A stretch of DNA of 64,000 nucleotides from Tubiluchus corallicola. Its lineage: Eukaryota; Animalia; Priapulida. This document shows positions 26,993 through 41,800 of the stretch, one piece after another (the stretch's first letter is position 1; each line of letters starts with the position of its first letter). The DNA is taken from contig JAQGDQ010000308.1 of assembly GCA_030141605.1 (NCBI GenBank), positions 62,001 through 126,000 on the forward strand, written 5' to 3'. The notes under the pieces were generated by a model, which saw only the letters and a program-made list of their open reading frames with translations, did no database searches and was not told the DNA's origin. Position numbers and translations under genes: made by a program.

Positions 26993-29863
26993 TCTTCTAT
27001 GCATGATTATGAAGTGTATACCATTTCTGTAAAATATATTGTAAATGTTAAATGTGATTAGATTTTTTAAGACAGTCGTCTGTTGATTATTCATATCCTT
27101 ACACTACAGCTGCATCATAAATTTGCAAACTCAGAGATGTCCCAATCACAAATTTCATACACTATAAAAACTATTACGTCAATCAAAGTTACTTCATTCT
27201 AATTTAGTATGTGAATCAGTTAAATATGTAACAAGTAATAAATATGCCACAGAACAATATCAGCTTTGGTAGACAAATTATAACAGCATTAACAATAGAT
27301 TTACCATTACCATTATAGGCAAAGTTCACAAAAAGTACTAAAGATACGTAATTAAATTAAAAGCAATGCACACCACTAACAGTTGCAAAGTCTTGTATAG
27401 ATAAATGGCACAACGTAAATGCTGAGAAAACTATACAACTCTCATTATACTTCTTGGCTGAACACTGATAAAAGCTCTCTTCCATTAAGGAAAGACTTGT
27501 TGGGACAAACACGACATACTGTGATGCAATGTTTTCAAATGACAAGAATGATTTTTTCTCTTACAGCAATTTGGCGACTACTTCAAAGGCTGAAAGTCAA
27601 ACTTTATCGAAGGATTATCGTATCCCAAATAAACAATACGTTACTGCAAACAGTATTTATCCAACATACATTAAGACAATAATGCGAATTCCAGTAATCT
27701 GCTACAATCAATATGTGCACAAGATCATTTATGTTGCTATAAGAACAACAATGCACAAAAGATTCGCTATATTATTGCCACCTCACAATAAAAGGATCAC
27801 ATGCATAAACTGTCTTTAGTAGTTAGCTGGAAATTCAAGAACAAACAGATTGATCTTCTAGCTACCACAAAACTATAATAAGGTCACACTATAATAAGAT
27901 AACATCTAAAAGTAAAACAATAGAGATACGGATAAGAAATTAGCAGGAAGGAGACCAAAGTACATTGTAACTTATCAAACTGACACTTTATGAAGTTTGT
28001 ACTACTACTGTCTCAGTAACCACTACACTAAGTAATCAAAATTTTTATAATGAAAGAACTCCAATGGATTCTGAAGTGTCATTTCTATTATCACTCTCTT
28101 TACAAAATGGTCTTGCCCTTGATTACATTCAAAATCTTTTGTAATATTAATGAAAAGTATCACATGATTGAAAATGGGTATCATCAAACACCTTGCCGTA
28201 CACCACACACACCATTGGGGAAATACACTTGACAACTGCTTAATACAATTATTCCCATAGTAATGAAAAATAATGAAGCTATGTACAATACACTTGCCTA
28301 CAAAAGCTACACTGTAATTCAGTTTTATGTACAAAATATCAACGATGGTAGATATTAATTTGCATTAAATCTCAACAGAACGTAAATAGTTTCACATTTT
28401 CTACAGGAACACCAGTAACTGTAGTCTGCTGCTCTGCACATTCAATTGCATTTGAAAAAGAACCATATACTTTCTAATGCAGTAATGCTAGTTACTTGGG
28501 AACAGCTAAGCAAATGACTAAATAATAAATTTCAATTAAAACAATCAATATCAGTTGATGACTAATAATTTTTTTGAAAAATCTAGTGGCTTAATAAACT
28601 AAAAGTTAAAACACACAACTATATAAAAGTTAAAAAGTTTAATTCAAACGAGAAATTAGAATGAAATCTGTTGCTTGAAAGTCTAAGCAAAAACTTACAA
28701 TACAAAGTGACAAATGGGCAGAATGTTGCAAAGACAATTTACTTAAAATAATTTAATTTGCCTCAATATTACAAACAAAAAGCATTCAGTGTCATGAGAT
28801 ACTAAATGTTTTGGCGACTTGAAGCCCCTTACAAAATCACACAATGCAGACTTTGCATTGTCTTATCATATACGCTGATTCAAAGTGTAATTACATGAAA
28901 GCAAGATTATGAAAATTACAAGCAATGACATTTTTCCCACAACAAGTTTTCCACAAATGAGTTAGCTTCGTTTAAGATACGCTCGACATTAATCCCATGA
29001 TGGCTGACATATTCAATCACGATTCAGTGCAAAAATATATCAATTTATAATACTGACGACATAACAGCTAATTAAAGCTCCATAAAAATCATAAACCTCA
29101 GAAATAGCAACGGAAACATTGTGAGCAATCAACAATTTAAAAAAATGGAACTGGTAAAACTTAATTAATGAGCTTTAAATGAAAACATTCAGCACAGCAA
29201 AGGAAGAATTACAAAGAACAATCTTTATATGAAGAGCAGAACTGGAACAGGTTAATTTCAGCACGTTATGAGTCAGATACCCAGTTATCAGCTTGAACAG
29301 GTGACCATTATTACTGCAAATATACACGAGACATATTTTTGTTTTTGATAGTCGGTCTGATGAACATATTTGCAAAATTTTTCAAAATATCTGTCATAGC
29401 AACATTTATCTATATTTCTTCAAAATAGCAACACTTGAAATGTACCTTGAACAATGTTTTCTTTTTGGGTCTAAGCTTTTCGATCTATCACACGCTAGCA
29501 CACTCACAACGTGATGAGAGCTTATTTTGGCTATGCACCAGTATAAAAAGGGAAGGTCACCAATCTGATCACCTTGTCCTGGGTCATGAAAAGCTTGTCC
29601 AGCTCCACCTCTGACAAAATGTAGGAGCATGAGTATTGATACACAGAATTTCTGCTAATGGGGCATGTTTAACATTGACTGTTTGCACTTGCAGTGCGAA
29701 GCATTTCACAGATGCAACAAGGTAACCTTTTCCAAAGCTAGTTGAAAACAATTGCTCTACAATACATTTACTCGAAAATTCATTACTGAACGCAGTTAAT
29801 GTGATGCTTCTGTAGTTAAATGAAGGAGGCACTTGAGTCTACACTGAAGTGAAAAAGCTGTCG

Positions 29864-32800
29864 TCATGAAAGTGACGGATTCACACCAGCTGTTAGTCCG
29901 CATGCGCCCTCTACTTCATTTGGTGTGCACTTTGAACTCTTCCGCACAATATCACCATTTGCAGTTTTGTTCTGCTCTTCGCACATTGAATTTTCCAACT
30001 CCGTGTAGTAATCCAAAGCATCACAAACAGGAGTCAATATATGAGGCTGAAACAAATGCAAAATAGTATAATGGTATTGAAGTCAAGATGAGGTATTGTA
30101 ACTGCCCCGACTGAATTTATCCTTATATTGGGCGGTGCTGCCCTCTTGGTGGTAGCGCACCGAACGATGCATTGTTCCGCTGCTAGGAAGATGACGTATA
30201 TGGTCGCGTGTTAAAGCCTGGTGAAATTATACGAGTTTACTATAACAGTGATTGAGTTCAATGGAGATTATTAGTTATTGCGATAATAGATGGTACTGTC
30301 AGTTTATTATATTGCGGTTTGAGTTTGGAGGTGATGCTGGATGTGTTTACATCGACAATTGCATAATAAACTTTCCCGTAGTTAAGCATTAATCCAGATG
30401 TGCGACGTTTTCATAATTTCCGTTGAACTCAATCACCATCAGAGCAAAAGAGCAGCCATGCAGCGGCACTAATAAACACAGCTAAAGAAAAAGGGAATTT
30501 ACGTGCTTGGCTTAAAAAATTAGGCTAGCTAAAGATGTAAAGGTTTTAAGGCACTATCAACTCCAATTAAAAACTGGTAAAATTTTGATATTATAGCTGC
30601 TCACCAAAAACTGGATCTACCTAAAACTTTCCCAAGCTTGCCAAGCAATATTGCAGAACAGATGTTTAATTAAACCAACCAAATGAACATTGCAGTAAAA
30701 ATAGTAAATGATTTTAAAATAATCTCTAACTTAAGGCACACGGTGAACAGCAGACATCACATTTGAGTTAGATCTTCTTTATGACACCCTCAACAGCTAA
30801 GATGTCAGTTTACTTCTATATGTCAAAACTAAACCAAGCAAGATACTGAAGCAGCTCAATTTAGAATAAAATCAGGACTGTGAAGCAGGAATTAAGTTGC
30901 CTAATTTAAAGAACAAGCATTTATTTACAAGTGAAATGTGTAGCTGCAGGACTCACCTTTAGTTGAGGAAAGAGAGAAGCTAGTGTCTCGAAGAGAGGTA
31001 GTAAAACAAACCGAATGAAGCCAACTTGTGATGATGGCTTTGAAACCTTCTCCCGATCCATAAATGGAGCCACTGGAAGTCCTTCCAATTTCTCTACATC
31101 GCTCTATATAATAAAAAATTATTGGTTATAGAAAATAAACAAACTATCACCTTGAAATTTTTCAGTTGGTGGACTACCTAGTGCTTCTATGACATACATT
31201 GTGACCAAAATAATACATATAATCCAGACCAGTCGTAGCATGAAACTGATATAAAGTATATGGTGCAGGTTACAAGTTTCAGTTAATCTGATTTGAACTT
31301 TGTAAAGACCACTTTACACCTTATGGCTTTAATAAACTCAAATAAACCCAATACTTACTAATAGTTATGTAATGACACACGGCGCGATCAGTGCTGGCAT
31401 TTAAATAACTCCTGTTAATGCAGTATTTTACCAAATAGATTAAATGCCTTATTCGAGACCTGAGATGGACCCCTTAATTTGGTACCCTTAATTTGAGCAC
31501 CTGGCTCTCGGAAAAATAATCACGCAAAATAATCCCAGAATAACCATTCCATTATCAAATAACTGAACAGTATGCTCACGAAAAAACTAATCAGGAAAAA
31601 GCACCATAACTACTGAATGCATTGCAAAATTTTGTTGATTTATTATATCAGAGAAACTGCTCTGTGCAGTATTAAATTTATGAATGTCTGTTATGATACA
31701 CTAGTTCCTAGAATAGGTATAAAAAGCAAAAATTTAGCCGTGGTTTAAAAGGATTGTAATAGTACATGGAGTGGAGACATAAATGATGGATTTCAAAATT
31801 TAATTATGACAACGTCTTGACTTCTTTTATGAAACTATGTTCTGCTTACTGCCTAAGGATGGAGGTGATACATTATGGAATTAGACTGCTCATACATCAG
31901 TGTTAAAAACAAATAAAAAGTAATCTTAGCATACCAGAGAAGCACGATAAAATCATAAAAGTTTTATAATACAACCTGTGCAAAGTTAAATAATGCAGGG
32001 ATACATACATAATAACAATCATTCAGAGGCTACATAATTATGACGAGCGACTGCATACCTGGTTAAAAAATTCTTTGAGTAAGCAATCTAGCCAAGGTTC
32101 AGCAACATCCATGGGTCTTGCTTCATTAGAAATATCTGATACCTTGATGAGAATCATAGATAACTGAAAAGAAAGGATTGTGACATGTTTCATAAAAAAT
32201 TTGAGAATCATAGATCAGAAATTCAGAATAGAAATAAGTTGACACAAATGTTTTTGAAAGTGACACGAAGGAAGAGTCCTTCATTCATTAAAGCCTTTAA
32301 TGGCATTATTAAATACCATTAAATAATACTGGGATAATTATACTGCTTTCTTTTTCTGTCAAGGCAAAGGTATTTACACTATTGATATAACTAAAGGCCA
32401 TTACATGAAGCTTGATAAAATTGGTAACAGTTAGAAAAAATCGAGAAAACTTGACAAGCAGCAGCACCCACGTGTTCGAAATAAAGTTTTTAACACAGAT
32501 TTAAATGTCAAGTGTGTGCATACCATAGACTCGCACAAAAAGGGAGGCAGCAAATGGCTGCCATGTTCTAATACAAATTCTATGGTCTGCTGCATGGTAA
32601 ACAATGAACACCATGTTGCACAATAGAAAAACTGCATTCATTGTAATGGCAAAAACAGCCTTTCAGCGACACACTTTTGAAGTATTGTTCGATGCACAGG
32701 TTAGCAATCTCTCTGTTCATATGTGGCTTTTAAATTTGTGGTTTTTAAGTAATTCTCAATACAAAAGTCACATGTACACAAAAATCACAGTTATATCACA

Positions 32801-35800
32801 ATACAATACCTTACGTCATAGCTAGTATAAAGCAGATAAAGCAGCGTTACCCATTGCCAGTAAAAAGCTTGGTCTTTAAAGGTTAAAAATACGTATTAGG
32901 TCTATTAGACGTTGAAATTTGGAGAATTTATGAAAACTTATACAGATGTATTACTTGATCACGGACAACTAGAGCTGTGTGACAGTGTTCTTGTGTTGAC
33001 AGTTCTCCTTGTCAGAAAGGATAGACAAAGTGTCAAACTGTCAGCTTAGAGACCAACTCACATTAGTACAAATAAAGAACAAGCTGATATGTTACTTTTT
33101 TTCTTTCTCAGGTGAAACCATGACATATTTGTAAGCCTTAAATTAATTAAAATTCAAAATTATTTTCTACAACACTGTTTAGAAATTCATAACTAAATAC
33201 CAGACAGCTATGTGATAAGACGTGGTGCTTTTCTACTGGCTGAATCTTAACTACTTTAAATTAATGAAAACAATCGTGGTTGTGTATTACGTGCATCACA
33301 GCGAAACTTACTAAATGAAATAGCAATGAGGTATTCATTAAGTTTGCAATGACTAATGACTCTATCTCAGCTTATAATAATTAATCTAGCAAGAAATTAC
33401 AGTGGGCACTGCACAAATAGATCCATTACGCAGTGCTTGTTAATCTCGCGTTAACGCAAACTTGACGTTATCCAATTACTAACTGCTCATATGGAATTAA
33501 AGATAATTTTCTCACAGGTCATAAGGAGAATAAATGGAGCAAAAATAAAGCTAATCAAGTGAAGCAGAATGGTGATTAATGTATGGCCTAATTAACAGTT
33601 AATGAAGCGAGAGTTTTGCAGCAAAGTTGAGCTGCATACAAACATGGCTTTTGCTCTTATAAAGTGTCATCCCATGAAATAAAATTTTTAACATACCATT
33701 ATTTTCTAATTATCTTTTTTTCCGAAAACTATTTTTGCTCTTCATACGAAAATTTCTTTTCTTATTTAACTCACTCTAAACACTGATCTTATTACAAACG
33801 ATAGTAGAACACCCTATAATGAATTTAGGTGGCAAAATTGGCTTTCTTTGAAATTATGTGCATAGTGCAGAGATAATCATGGCAAAATATTTAGACAAAA
33901 AATGTTATTACTTGGCCTGAATGATTCTGAATCAAAAGCTAACAAAAGTGTAAAGTTTCATTTGGTATTAATTCATCATATGTTTAAATTTCTGATTACA
34001 TTTTATTACCCGAAGAACCAACCCTCGAGCAACATTTATTGCATTTCAATGAACAATTAAAAATATTGAAATCACAAAAATCACAATACAAAATATGCGC
34101 ATAGAATGCTTTGCTTAAAAATGTAAAAGAAATTCAAATATTTCTTATCTCTCGCAAAACGAACGTTGATGCCGGCATATTTGAAAAAAAATGACGTAAG
34201 CTGGTGTATGTTGGACAGCGCGAATGCCGTGAAAGCAAGCTGTGTGAAGGTACGCATTGCAAAATTTCTACAGTTTGCTTAGAAGTTCCCTTATACTAAT
34301 GTTGTATTTAACTGTGTTTATCTAGAAATTAGTCATTCCATCAATTATTATGGTGTCAAATTGAAAGTGGCTACATAGCTTTAACCAACAGGATAACACT
34401 TTAAAATGTATAAGTAATTAACATTAATTGTGCAAATAGTTAATTTACAATTTTTTTTACTTTTAGATACGTATGTAAACTTGCCAGCACGTAGTAGGGG
34501 ACGGTAGTTTACCTAGGTAGTTACTTAGTTTACAGAGTTCACTTTATAAGTTAGAAAAAGATTCTGAAGCACCTGGCGGGATAAGTGTTTATATTGCACG
34601 GAAACCAGATGAAGTAACCAGCGTAAAGTAATCACGGCTTTAAATTGATTTTACTTATTACACGAGATGCTTATCACAATTTCATTCCTGAAACTTTCTA
34701 ACATACTAGAGTACTAAAATAAGCTCAACTTCCCAAGAGATTTGCCATTTGCTTTAAACTTTGTGTACTTTGTAACTTATCAATGTAACTAAAATACATG
34801 CCTGATGAAAAAAACTACCGCTGAAAAACATGTGTATTCCTAATACCCCATCTGTGCTTTTATAATGGGACAAATGCTGATTCTATCAGGAAAAACATGT
34901 TTTCATAGAACGTACCTATGCATTAAAATTATTTACCTGAGTGCAACAATTCCAATTCCAGAAATCGAAGGAATGACAGAAATATAATAACTGGTTGTAA
35001 AATTTTACAATAAAGCTGATGTGTATTTTATGTGCATTTCAATGGATTGCTATCTTAAGCTATGAAAAGTCAGTCTTCTGCTTAATTTTAATCAGTTGCA
35101 AAGTTCATCCAAAACTTTAGGTCAATATTATAATCTTAATTCATCCAGAACTTAGATTAGAAATTCTAATTAAAACAACACTAGCTTCAGGGTGGTAAAT
35201 TGTACAAAGCCATGCGTTATAAATTTAATATGATATAATTTAAATTTCTGAAAATGACAAAATCACAATAATAGTTTACAAAGGTAGCCAACTAACTAAA
35301 ACAAAAAATGGTCACTAAAATACAATAATGCAAGAAAATCGGTGGCAAAAAGACCTTTAGGTAATTGTTTTTCGTTCATGCATAATAATTAGTATTGCAA
35401 AGAAAACTTACCACATCCTTGTGTTCTTTGTTTGTAAAATCAAAGCCATCATTCATTATTGCTTTAAATTTGTTTAGTATTTCATTGTGCCGACCCATGT
35501 CAGTGGCTAATATACACCTGTAAGAGTTATACAGAATTTAATTATTTGACAAAAGCTCTTAAAATGCGAGCTCATAATTTCTTAAACAGGCAATAAAACA
35601 ATATGCTGACACACAATTGTAACAAGTTTGACAACCGTGCGGAAGTGAGGCAGGCCAACTTAAAGCACAGACACAATAGGTGCATATCCAAAGAGCCACA
35701 TGCATGGTAACAATGTCAGCCAGAGCACACATTAACTAAAACAAATAATACGAATTACAAAAATAGTTAACTTAGCTGTACGTTTTACTTACTTGCAATC

Positions 35801-38800
35801 AATAATAAATGACTATGCAAGAAACCATGTAGTGCTCCACATTTTTTAAGTTGTTTAAATCCTTGTATGAACAAAAATTAGCTCGAGTGGAATCAACAAT
35901 AAAAATACATTAAGTACAATTCAAAAACATGCCCCTAGTCGAGAAAGTTCTATTTATATTATATAGGAGACATTAAACCTGGAGTTTGATTCCAAAGGCA
36001 ATCAATATGTAAATGTAGTTCAACTTTCAAAAAAAAGCAATGGTGAAAGAAACATTTAGAGATTAAACTCAAATTTTCCTACTAAACAGTAAAAAATTCT
36101 GTTTACAAGCTTGTACATATTTAATATTTATAAAATTGCTCTGCATCTTCTTATGGTTTAAAGAGCAAAAGTCAATGCAGTAATGTTGATGTAAGAAAAC
36201 AATATGCATAATACAAGCACCAGTGACATGCTTCTCTAACATCATGTTTTTCATATTTTGAAACAAAAAACATCAATAGTTTACTACAAATTGTTAAAAA
36301 AAACTCGAAACTTCCATTTGATTTCACGTCGCTTGTAATAATATGAAGTAAGGGGCCATTCACATATAACGATACCAAGTTTTCGGCCAATTCCGAGGAC
36401 CTACCTACCTTGCGTTACAATGGCTTTATCATATGACCCACCACCCCTTATGTTGAAATCGATATCACACCGATGTAGCTTTTTATACATTTTACATTTT
36501 ATTCTTCCTCCTCCCAAGGACAGGCAACAACATTATTTGTGTTAATTAACAGGAAACCATCAGTGGATTCTACTGACATCACAGTGGAGGCAGCGGCGGC
36601 CCTAATTGAACTCATTCTTATCGACCCATTCTTCAGATTCCTCCAGCTCATAGTCAATTACAACTATCTTTGTTTTGCATCAAAGCACGAGTTGAAAAAA
36701 CGTGAAATTAGATAAACGATATCATGGTAAAATCGCCTATTTACCTTGCGTTATAATGGTGTTATCTTGTCTCCTGTCACCTACCTACCCTAAACTTAAT
36801 ATTGTTATATATGGGCGGCCCCTAAAACCTTTCCACCGAATTTTAGCATATTTTAAAATTCACCACATCTGACATGTTTTCTTTTAAAACTTAACATCGT
36901 ATCTTATTTCAGATAAGTATGTGGAGTGCATAAGGCCTTTTAGACTGCTGATATATCTGTATTAGCATTTTCTTATCCAAATCTAAACACATATTAGCTC
37001 TTCTTATGCAAATTGAACAAATTCTTATAGAAAGTTAAATGGTCGGTGCATTTCCCCTGTCAATAAAATTCTTTCATTCCAGTTTTTTTAATCAAGAAAG
37101 CATTTCATCTAAATAGTGGTTGGAGAAAATCAAATTACTTATGCAACAGAGCGGCTTAATACGGTCATGACGCACATGATCAGAGTGCCTTTATTGCAAA
37201 CGAGAAAGATAATTTGACTGATGAATGCATTTATTACGACGAGCTTAGACAGCTTTTGGAAAACCACATGGCTGTGAATTGTAAAATGGTAATGCGTACA
37301 GCTTTTGCTGTTTAGTATTAATTTAGCAAGAATTTGCAGGGGGTTGTGCGCTCACCTGATTCCGTTTGTTTGTGAATGTATTTGTTTGTTCATTTACGCT
37401 ATCGATGTGATTACATATTAATTTTATTTGCTATTGCCCATAAATTACCAACTTTTCTTGACCCATAGCCCACCTTCCACAAATTTCACTAAAACCAATC
37501 TATAACTTTTTGAGATAACCAAAAATAATTTTTCCAAATAAAAAAGTCTTTTATGTAAAGCAAAAAAACACTTATATAAAATAGTTTGTAGGTTTAGTTA
37601 ATAAAATTTACCATGTAAAAAGCGTCAAAATTTGAAAAAATATGACTGATCGGTTAAAAAACAACATCTAGGTTGCATAACAGACATGAATACCTTAAAG
37701 TGCTTGCTTCTCTTTGACATTAGAAAAAACTAGCCACATCCTTTTGATTGTATTATCACCTTGGCTAATTTATCTTAATGGCATGATTGTGTCGTGCAGT
37801 CAATAGCAATATGTCTTAATGACACATTTCAGGAACTAGTAATGTTCACCAAACGCCGCAACTGAATGCTTTGAAAAGCAGGTGCAGGAAAATTTAGTGA
37901 CTCCGAGTATTAATAATTGCGTCTTTCAAAACATAGTTGTTTAGTAAATCTGTACGAATCTCAATAATTTTTAATTACTGTCCATGTTCTTGATCACTGA
38001 ACTTATCCTGCAGCAGAAAAATTTTAAAATCCTCTGCAGGCGTATTATTATATTTAACAAAAAAAGTAATCCTCCTCATTTTCAATGCTGATTGACTTCG
38101 TTATGAGACTATGTACAGATTTGCAATTTAAAAAAAATTGTTACAAAGACAAATTAATTTTTTTTCAGGCCATTGTGTTTTTGCTAATAGTATGTTAACA
38201 CACTGCACAGTGAGTTTTCTCATCTAAAAGGCTAACTATTGTAAATGAAAGTTTAAACAATATTGAGAAAATGAAAATTCCTGATAAATTAACAGTGTAA
38301 ACACGAGATGCTGTCACCGGAAATTATTACTACTCATTTTTCTAAATTCCTGGCAAAACCAACAGAACAGAACTCTTTCTTTAAACTCTTTGCAAATCAA
38401 TAGAACAAAATTTTAGTGTAATCAACAAATCAGACTAAATGATGTGTACACGGCCATTACAGCTCACAGAAAAATGGCTTATGAAACTTGGCATGCCTTA
38501 TGCAACTGGTAAACACAACAGTTCTTTATAAGATACAATTAAAATAAAACTTTATAAACATTCTACATAAATTTACATATTTACAGATTCAGTAAAACAA
38601 TGACAATGGAGTGGTAAAATGCTTTGTGCAAAACTACAGTGAAAAATCAAAGATTTTTTTTGTTTGGAATAAATCATTAATTTGAAAAATAAAAATGTGT
38701 TTTAACAGAAATTTAACTGGCTCTTAAAACAAAAGCAAAACCTAGCCATACTTTGTTTGAGAAGAAGTGAGACAACGTATATTTCTCGACAATGTTGACA

Positions 38801-41800
38801 CACAGCAGTAGTGTCATTTACAATGTTAAGGTATCATTACTTGATGCTGACAGTGGTCAAGTGCAATTTTGCACGTAATGAAATACAACAACATCAAAAC
38901 TTGCAGGTGATTTGTGCAATGTAACGAGCACGACTCACCTTATCATACCCTCTCGAACTTTCCTATACGTTTCATGAGGCAGATTGCGAAAAATGTTGCA
39001 ATGTTTTTTGGCTAGTATTTCAAATGCGACCGCGCAATGGTGGTTTTCCAGTGGAGATATGTCATTGTACCTGAGCGCTAATTCTGTCCGTGCATTCACC
39101 TGAAATAATTCCAGGCATTAGTACACAACAATAATGTAAAATAGAAAGAGTGATATTATATGGTCACATACTAGGCATTAGAACTAAATGAAGTGCAGCT
39201 TTAAAAGAAAACTAGTCAAAAAGAAGATCATCATTAAAAAAAGACTAAATGGTCTAACAGAATCACACAAAGTAAATGTATTTTCACTACATATCATTAT
39301 TACAAATGGTAAGCTGTAGCCACTAATGAGTTTTTTACAAATTGGTGATTCACTACAAAAAGAATCTCTTATTTTCTCAAACTTCTTAAATGCAGTGGTG
39401 TCGCTGATAACAGTTTAATTCTATATTATATAGCTGAGTTAGATCAGTTGTGGAATACGCTTTATATGCCTACCAGGTTTTCCACGGTCAACTTACAGTG
39501 GAAGACTAAGAGTGCAGAAAAGGTGGAGCCTCACGCCCTATTAATTATTAATAGCAACTTAACTTATGTAAAGCTGAAGAAACCCTCAGCTACTACAAAT
39601 TAGAAACTGTAGCTGAGAGGCAAGAAAGCTGGAAAAAAACTGTTTTCTGATGTCCAAAAATATTCTCACATTCTTATTTAACTGTCACTAACTCTTCCCT
39701 TGTACTTAGCAAATCATTATATATTTGCACAAATTATGTTCAGATTCCGTTTAGTAATTTTTAAATTGTATACTTAAAATTTTAAGTATGTGTTTTACCA
39801 ATTTTAGGTGTTGTGTATTAACTGCATTTAGAGTACTTTTATCAATCTTGTTTTAAATCGTGTATTAATCCAGCTTTTGCTAACATTTTTATTGACTAAA
39901 CTATTATTAGAATCTATCATCATCACTAAATATTTAAAAATAAAAATTTCTTATCTATTACCTGATAAGAATTGTTATACCCTGGATGGTCTAGGTCATG
40001 GCATATAGCAGAAGTGAGCATAATCATTACGTCTAAGTCTCCCAGTCGTTCTGTAAGGTTCGTTAACCATGACAAGCCATACATCTAAAACCAAGAGATC
40101 AACGCAAATATTAAGTGAATGTACATTTATTTTACGTCAAAGATGAAACAAATTACACAAGTTTAAAATGAAGCCTGAACTAGTACAGCTGCAGTGACAA
40201 TTGGACATGAACAGAAAATTTCAGTAAACATAATTTGCACAGAAAAAATTATTCAAATTTCACATGAAAAATCAACCAGATAGTTCATAAAATAACATTT
40301 ACTGCAGCACAAATACTGTAAAAAATTTACTTTAATATTGACCAAATGTACGATGCTCTCTGGAAACTATTTAGTATTTTTCCAGGAACTAATTTACACA
40401 TAAATAGCAACCGGTGACAGTTGCCCGATGAATGATACTGCCATGCACAAAACGTGACAGTTCTTAAACACCATTTGTTAACTTGACAAAACAGAAATTA
40501 ATGAGCTTGTCACTTACCATTTGAGAGACGCAGAAGCAGTGCCTGAAGTTGTGGAAGGGTATCTGATTGTAATTCTTATAGACCTCGTACAGAAACTGTT
40601 GTAATGCTGGCAGCTGCAAAAGAAGCAATGACAGGTTTACAAGAATATTACATATAGAACAAATAAATTGGATAAGACTGCAACAATAATTGTACACTAA
40701 AACTTCCAAAATATTTCATCTGATGGACAATTGATATTTACTAAATATTTAACATCAAGTCTAAGTGAGGACAGAATCACGAAAACAATATCATTATAAT
40801 ATGAAAGAAACAAGAAAATGACAGCCATAAAGAGAAAATTTCAGATCAGATTCATATGTACATTCTCTCAGGTCAACTACAACTCAGTCCATTTTGAAAT
40901 CTAATTGTTTCAATTAATAGCAAAAACAAATTTATTCACAGTCTCATTAAGCAAATTTAGGTTTAACACTGTTCTTGAATTCATGATTAGGTGCTTCAGC
41001 ACCTCCACATGTAAATATGCTGTATTGTGTGTATTGTTTTTAAATATTTTGATTGCAACATTAATTATTTAACAGTAGACTTAAAAGGAAAACACATCCA
41101 GTTTTAGATACAAGTGCAAAATAATGTAACATAAAAAACTAAAAGAAAAACACTGTTTTCAATGACTTTTTAATTTACTGTTTTTTAATGTATAAAAGAA
41201 TTGCTACTGCGGAAATTTAATTTAATTAGTTTTTTGTTGTTGAAAACAAACTTTCATTCATTCACACTTAGAGTGATAACAAGTACATATAAAAATAGTT
41301 TTATACCATCAGCTGCAGCTCTGTTTAACAATAGACACTTCCATACAGAGCAAAGTTCTGATTAATTGTAAATGTAGTGTTTTTATGTTAAACATGTATA
41401 ATACGTAGTGTGTTTATGTGCCATGCTTAAGTTTTATTGTAAATTTACAATTATACGTGATTGTACATTGTATATGTGTTTTCAATAAATGTTTCGGTAT
41501 ATGTTAATATCGTGCGTGTGATTTTGCAAATTTTTCACACTATTTTATGCTTTTAAGTGTAATAAATGAATTTTAAATCATAGATAGGCAAAAATGCCTG
41601 CATATCAGAAACTTAGTGAACAACCAGTAGCTGCTGTATAGGGACAAATCCATGACATTCTGTATTTCAAATCTCAATACTGGCATTTCATGGGCAATGT
41701 GACAATAACATGGCACAAGTCAGTGTGGAGCCTTAACGACACGTTACTGTTCAATACAGAATCAATGACAAATTGCTACAAATTCTGATGATAAATCTCA

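Noticed and set aside
27357-28334. Cluster of 60-103 aa ORFs between LSG1 and PDE9
   Set aside because: No motifs or splice structure; composition typical of AT-rich UTR
29816-29866. Stop-codon readthrough of PDE9 (TGA C context)
   Set aside because: Context is TGA CGA, not the strong TGA CTA(G); extension is about 15 aa with no recognisable signal
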